From: the human T2T-CHM13v2.0 reference genome, Homo sapiens
Direction: 5' to 3' (one strand)
DNA length: 64,000 nt
NCBI RefSeq assembly: GCF_009914755.1
Contig: NC_060939.1
How positions within the stretch are numbered: the stretch's first letter is position 1; the number at the start of each line of letters is the position of its first letter. The notes under the pieces were generated by a model, which was given only the letters and a program-made list of their open reading frames with translations, did not search any database and had not been told where the DNA came from. The position numbers and the translations under genes are program-made. Positions 57,990-64,000 of this stretch are shown piece after piece.

Positions 57990-58172
57990 ATTCATAAAAG
58001 GCATCCCCAATATACATGTAAACACACACATGCAGATGAGTGTACATGTTGCCCACACGTGCATACATGCTGATACTCATATTTACTAAACCACACATAC
58101 ATACACAGCCACACACCCCACCACAACTCACAATCATTAAAACATGCACATATACATACACATGCACACACT
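57990..58172. repeat. Degenerate (CA/CATA)-rich low-complexity tract
   Basis: CACACACATGCA, CACATACATACAC and similar units. Confidence 0.7.
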
Positions 58173-59454
58173 GTCTATCCCATTTATTAAATGACAAGCA
58201 CCCCAGGGCCACCCAATGTTCTCCTGCCTTCTCTGGCCCCATTCTCCCTTCATCCTACCTGAATGACTGTCTTCAGAGGCCTGGATGTTGGGCTTGACAC
58301 AGTGGAGGCTTCCCATGCCAAGGTCAAGGCTGCATGTCCATGGGGTGCTGACCAACCAAGCAGGGTGCAAGGGGGCTCTACTGGGCAAGGTGCTTGGGAG
58401 CTGCGTGAGAGAGCAGTGAGAAGGGACCTCAGGTCCAAGACATGCCAGGAACCTGGGAGGGATGAGGGCAGGGAGAGAAAAAGGAGCCAAACTGATGCTC
58501 AGCTAGCTCAGGGGAGGAGAGTGAGAAAGGGAGGACTAGGGAGAGGCTGGGGCTGTGCTGAGGCCCTCGACGGAGCACACTGTCATCTCTGTCTGTATCT
58601 GTTGTCTTCTCAGCTGTTAACGGTCCACTTGACGCTATTTTAGACACTTCCATGTATATCTTTAAAAACTGTACTGAAAAGAGTACTTGTTTTTGGAGAC
58701 AGGTAGGTTAAGTTTGAATCGTGGATCTGCTACTTGCTGGCTGTGTAATCATGGGCAAATTTCCCAAGCTCTCTTATCTTTCAGTCTCTTATATGAGAAT
58801 TGGGCATAGCAATACCTATTCTAAAAGATTTTGTAAGGATTAAGTAGGAGGAAATATATAAATTGCTGATAAATTACCAGGCATGGAATATGCCCCTAGC
58901 AGTACTAGATCCTTTCTCTTACCCTCTCTTTAGGTACTTTGCATGTATTAATGCATGTTTATTCCTAGAATAAAAGCCTTTTTATGCTCTGTTGAATTGG
59001 AAAACACTTCCAGAAGCAGGATAACTGGGTCAAAGGATATGGTCACTTTGATGATCTTTCATATTTATTGTTAATTCGTTTTCAAATACTATTTCTGGAT
59101 ATTTTTTCCAATGGATGTCTCTCAAAACGTGACAAAACTTTATGTGTGAAGACATTATTTATAATTGCAGTGTTATTTATAAACAATTATACAATAGAAG
59201 GATACACTGATTTAACACTTTTAGGAATAAGGCAGCGTGGAGGCAAATAATTAATGGTCAAGCCACTTATGAGATCACCTCTTGATAGGTTATTAATCAG
59301 ACATTCAAATAATAAGAACAACGACTAGGGGGTAAAATCGGAAATGCTATATGACCAAATGAAAAGAGAAAATTTGAAATAGATTCTCAACGCTTATTAC
59401 AGGGCTATAATACACACACATTTGAATACAATTTTAGATAACACTTTAAAGTGA

Positions 59455-59663
59455 AGCTTGGCAAACTTTTCTGTAAAAGGGCAGAGAGTAAATATTTTAG
59501 GCTTTGCAGAGCAGATGGTCTTTGTTAACAACCAGTCAATTCTGCTGCTGTAGTGTGGAAGCAACCATAAAGAGTACATTAATGAATGTGTTTTAATAAA
59601 ACTTTATTTACAAAAACAGGTTGCAGGCTGGATTTGGCCCTTGGGCCAGTTTGCCAATCCCTA
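59455..59663. mobile_element. MER58A
   Basis: TTGGCAAACTTTTCTGTAAAAGGGCAGA...AATAAAACTTTATTTACAAAAACAGG...GTTTGCCAATCCCT. Confidence 0.85.
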
Positions 59664-59749
59664 CTTTAAAGTGAAAGTATTATGAATAAATGAGAGTATT
59701 TTTCTTTCTAAGTTTCCTTTTGTAGCCTTGCTATGTGATCATCTTTTAA

Positions 59750-61330
59750 AAACTTAAGAAAAAGATGGGCATATAATATGACAATGGGCAAAAGTCCTGG
59801 CTTGATGATTCACAGTAGGAATACCAGAGTTCCATGAACATATGAAAAATTAAATATTCATCACTTTTCAAATACAAAATGAAAATTTTTTAAAACCGTA
59901 AAATATTTAGTACTTACAGAAGTGTAGCAATATAGGCACATTATTACAGTACCAGTTGGAAAGTAAATTAGCACCCCCGTCACTTGATTAGAAAATTGTT
60001 GATATGCCAAGACTTTTCCAATCATTCAAAGCCAATCACCCCAATTTCCTAGAACCTGTCGTTATATAATAATTGAGCTACAGAAAGAGTTCTGGATTTA
60101 TTATGGCAAAAAATTCTAAACAACTTAAGTGTCCAACAAGAGGGAAATGGCTTGTGAATTATAACGAAATGACAGAATTATGATACCATATGATGGAATA
60201 ATATATACCATTAAAATTATATTTTTAAGCAGGAATAGCCAGAAAACTTCTGAAAAAAATGAGGGCTGATTAATCCTACCAAATATTAAAATATAAAGTC
60301 AGAGTAATTAATGTAGAACATGTGTCTTGTTAGAAAAATGGAAAAGAATAGAAAGTTCAGCAATAAATCCCAAACCATGTGGTAATTTATTATGTCTTAT
60401 AGGTAGCACTTCTCATCAGGGATAAAGATATATTTATTATTGAATAAACAGTGTTAGGACACCTGGGTAGCTATTTGAAAAGAAAAATGAATCCCTACCT
60501 CACACCTTCCTCCAAATTAATTCCATATCAAAGATTTAAATGAAAAAATAAAACTATAACTTACTTTAAAAGATAGAGGAGTTAAACAATAAGCTCAGAG
60601 ATTGGAAAGCCCTTTAAAGTATGATATAGAAGTCATAAACAATATGACTATAGGATAACATGCATTTTTAAGTTTTTCAATCTTACTATATCAGATAGAA
60701 AATTATCAAAAATGTGATTGCACCTCCTCCCCACAAGGAGGGTGTGAGAAAACATCATCTTATATATTGCCAAATTGAAATTTGCAATATCTAACTAAAT
60801 AAAAATTCACATATTCTTGGACTCAACAAAAATTCACTTTTAAATACTTATTTTAGAAATGTAGTTGCACATTTAAATGAAATATAGACAAGGTCATTGT
60901 ATATTTCAATATTGCTTATAATAGCAAAAGATTGGCAACAAAACTTGAAAGTCTATCAACAGGGCCTTGTTAAAATATTGTATATATTATACAATGAAAA
61001 TCTAAAAATTATACAACTGTATAGATGTCAATGCTTTATCCTTATTGATATAGAAATACTGCAAAATATTTGATTAAGTGAAAAAAGCATGGTGGAAAAT
61101 TGCGTGCATATTATGCTAAAAATTTTATGGGGGAGAAAAATAGGATGTATACCTATGAAATGTGTAGACTGTTTCTGGAAGGATATATGAGAAACTTGTA
61201 AGAGAGAATGCATCTGGGGAGGAGAAATGGGTGGTTGGATAGGGAAAGGGAAATAAGCTTAATTTTCATTATATACCCTTTCATACTTTTTGAATTTATA
61301 AGAAAAGCGTTACCTGTCTAAAAGTTAGAT
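59750..61330 (+). mobile_element. Old L1ME-like fragments
   Basis: A-rich L1 3' motifs (AAACAACTTAAGTGTCCAACAAGAGGG, TTAAGTGAAAAAAGCA). Confidence 0.55.
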
Positions 61331-61369
61331 TTTTCAAATAATATTTAATGACATGCAGAAATATTTTTC

Positions 61370-62000
61370 TCAACTATATTTCCTACTTCTCCACTTGGAT
61401 GACTAAGAGGCATCTAAAACTTAACCTGTCTAAAACTAAACTCCAGATACTTCCCCAAGAATCTGTTCCATCTGCCATTTTTCTCATATCAGTTAACGGC
61501 AACTCCGTTCTTGTAACTGTTCAGGCCAAAACACTTGGAGTTATCCTTAACTTCTGTCCTTCACCCAGTGCATCCAACTCTGGCCACACTGGCTTTCTTG
61601 TTATTCCTGGGAAATGCCAAGCACATTCTGGTCTTATTGCTTTGTACTGCCTGTGCTGTCCTGCCAAGAAGGCCCTTCCCCCGAATCCGCATGCTTCTCC
61701 CTCTTCTTGTCCAAGTCTCTGTCCATATTTCACCTTGCTGAGAACTAACCAGCCCTCTACCCAGCGCTTCTGACCCATTTTCACTTTACTTAAAAAAATT
61801 ACAGGGTATTCATTACCTTTTAGCATAATATCTAATTTCCTTCCTTTTATATTGTCTGTCTCTTTCCACTTAACCAAGCTTCATGAGGGCATTGATTTTT
61901 ATTTTTTTTTCCATTGTTGTTTTCCCAGTGAGAGTGTCTGGCACATAATAAGCCCACAATAAACGTTTTCTAAGTGAATTAATGAATGAATAAATGAAGG
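61370..62000 (+). mobile_element. L2a 3' end
   Basis: CTCCACTTGGATG...AAACTTAACCTGTCTAAAAC...TGGCACATAATAAG...TGAATGAATAAATGAA. Confidence 0.8.
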
Positions 62001-63266
62001 AATATAAAGTTTATAGACCACAACATAAAATAGCATCTACAGTATTAGTTTTGTAAAAAATGCACATAAAGTATTTATAGATTGTTTTTTATAAAACATG
62101 TTACATTATGAGCACTTGGTAATATTTTTTCCTTCCCTCACCCATGAAAGAATATTCTGTCATTAATTGCATGGCCTCTTCTCCTACAATTTCCAGGGGA
62201 AGGAATAGATCCCCAAGTTCAGACTCTTCCAAGCAAAATTGAGAAAATAGGTAGAAAGAAAAGATGAATTGCAAGGAGTGAAAGAAGTTAAAATAATTTA
62301 GTATTGGGAATGAGAACAGAGTCTCTTAGAGGAAGAAGAGAAGCTTGAAAAAAGGAAAGGAGGGGGAAAAAGAGAGAAACACCAAGGTGGCAGGATTTAG
62401 GATGGTTTTTGGTGGTAGTTGAGAGTGAAGTGTTATGAGCACTTTGGGGAAGCTGCAGGGAATGGGAGGTGGCAAGAGAATGAGAACGGGCAAAAAAAAT
62501 CTGTAAGTGTTTCTATAGATTATAAATTGTATCCCCTTGGATTTTCTTTGAGAATCTCCAGTGAAGAGCTCAATTGCTTTTGATCACTTTTGGAGACAGA
62601 TTTTTTTTTTTTCTAAACTGTTCCCGGACTGGACCACAGGGATTCCTGTCTTTTTTAGGGGAGAAATAAATATATAGCAATATTTAAAATGGTTTGTTCA
62701 GAGCAGTGGTTTTATGTGATATTTTAATTTTCTTCTATTTTTTTCCTATACTTTTCCCATTTTTTTCATTATGAATGTATTACTTTTAAAATAAAGGAGA
62801 ACATGCTTTAACAGTTTTCATTCCCTTTAGTTGTTTAAGGAGCCTCTGCACAGCAGTCGGTAGGTAGGGGCCTGACTCATCCATGCGCAGCCAGCTGGGC
62901 CAGGAAGGTAAGCCGCAAGGTTGCAGTCACACCCAGCTCATGACCATGGCAAGGCTCCTTTCCCTTTCACCTCCACTCTCACTCAGGCTGGCTCTGTTCT
63001 GTGCCTGCTTCAACTCCCCAGTGCTCTCAATAGCTGGCTACCTTGGGTAGGGTCCCTCGCCCTAGCTCTGGCCCTTTGGTCTTGAAACAGCAGCTGGATC
63101 TACTCCCAACCCCTAATGGGGTTTGGTTAATAACTGTATCCATCTGATTCATGCACATGAAATCTTTGTTTTGTTTTTAATTTTAATTTTATAAAATTTC
63201 ATCATGATACCTCAGCTGAGGCTACTCTTCCAGGCCTCAGGAGAGGTAGCTCTGGGCTGTCACCTC

Positions 63267-63376
63267 AGGTGACCGATTTTTGTGTTTACTCAGGACTGGG
63301 AGGGTTCTTGGGGAATGGTGCTTTTTGGTGCTAAAACTGTGAAAGTGCCCAGCAAATCGGGGTGAGTGGATCACTG
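63267..63376. mobile_element. MER94-like hAT MITE
   Basis: AGGTGACCG...GTGCTAAAACTGTGAAAGTGCCCAGCAAATCGGG...GATCACT. Confidence 0.5.
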
Positions 63377-64000
63377 CTGTCGCTCCAGGAGTTTTAGTCA
63401 TCTGCTGAGTTCAGCCGCAAGAAGGACACTCTCCTCCCTCTGTTGCAAGGGTGCGCTTTCCACAACAGGTGAAAGACATGCCCGTTTCTTTCCTGGATCA
63501 TGGCAGAAATCAGCCTAAAGTGCAGGAACTGTCTTCCACAGCTCTTGCTCTAAAGGGAGTGACAAGAATGCAGGGCAGGGACAAGGGTCCTTGGAGTACA
63601 CTGGTACAGCTGACCCCATCCTGCCCATGCCGCCAGCAGAGACTCATAGCCCAAAGGAAGCATCCTGGAGGGGCTTCAGAGGGGCCTCTGTTCAGACACT
63701 GCCCCTGCTATAAGCTCACACAGCACTCCCACTGGGGCCTGCAAACAAGGCCTGTATCTACACAAACAGGGCCACTCTGTGCTCCCAGTTCTTGGAAATT
63801 TGCATATCCTGAACCTCCTTTGGGAGAAGAGAGGGTTTTTAGACAAGATTATTTTAAAAACACAAGGCTCTCACAGGACCCAAAAGCACAAGCTCACAGC
63901 TTCTAACTAGGTTAGCTAAACAAGGACGTTCCTTGGAGGGAACTGCGAGCATGGACTCTATTTTAGGCATTTTGGAGGAGCACTGGTGATGATGACTTAT

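Overview
Primate (almost certainly human) repeat-rich, non-coding euchromatin. Two landmarks are recognisable from sequence. The first is the MIR184 pre-miRNA hairpin (7383-7466, +; mature 7435-7456, reference seed). The second is a full-length processed pseudogene of HNRNPC (33763-36629, +) with 5'UTR, disabled C1-isoform CDS, long 3'UTR, A-tail remnant and ~15-bp target-site duplications. From recall, this pair places the window at human 15q25.1, near RASGRF1/ANKRD34C-AS1, and the pseudogene is probably HNRNPCP3; this was not checked by alignment. No intact protein-coding gene is present; the other ORFs are Alu/LTR/L2-derived or random. The rest is a dense fossil record of Alu, L1, L2, MIR, MaLR/ERV LTRs and hAT DNA transposons, with several nested insertions that have readable TSDs. 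The best leads for undescribed biology concern miR-184 control: a near-palindromic consensus CTCF site 1.4 kb upstream, a perfect 16-bp RFX X-box palindrome in unique DNA 13 kb downstream, and splice/polyA signals suggesting a spliced pri-miR-184 whose 5' splice site overlaps the mature miRNA. Repeat subfamily names and boundaries are by eye and approximate.
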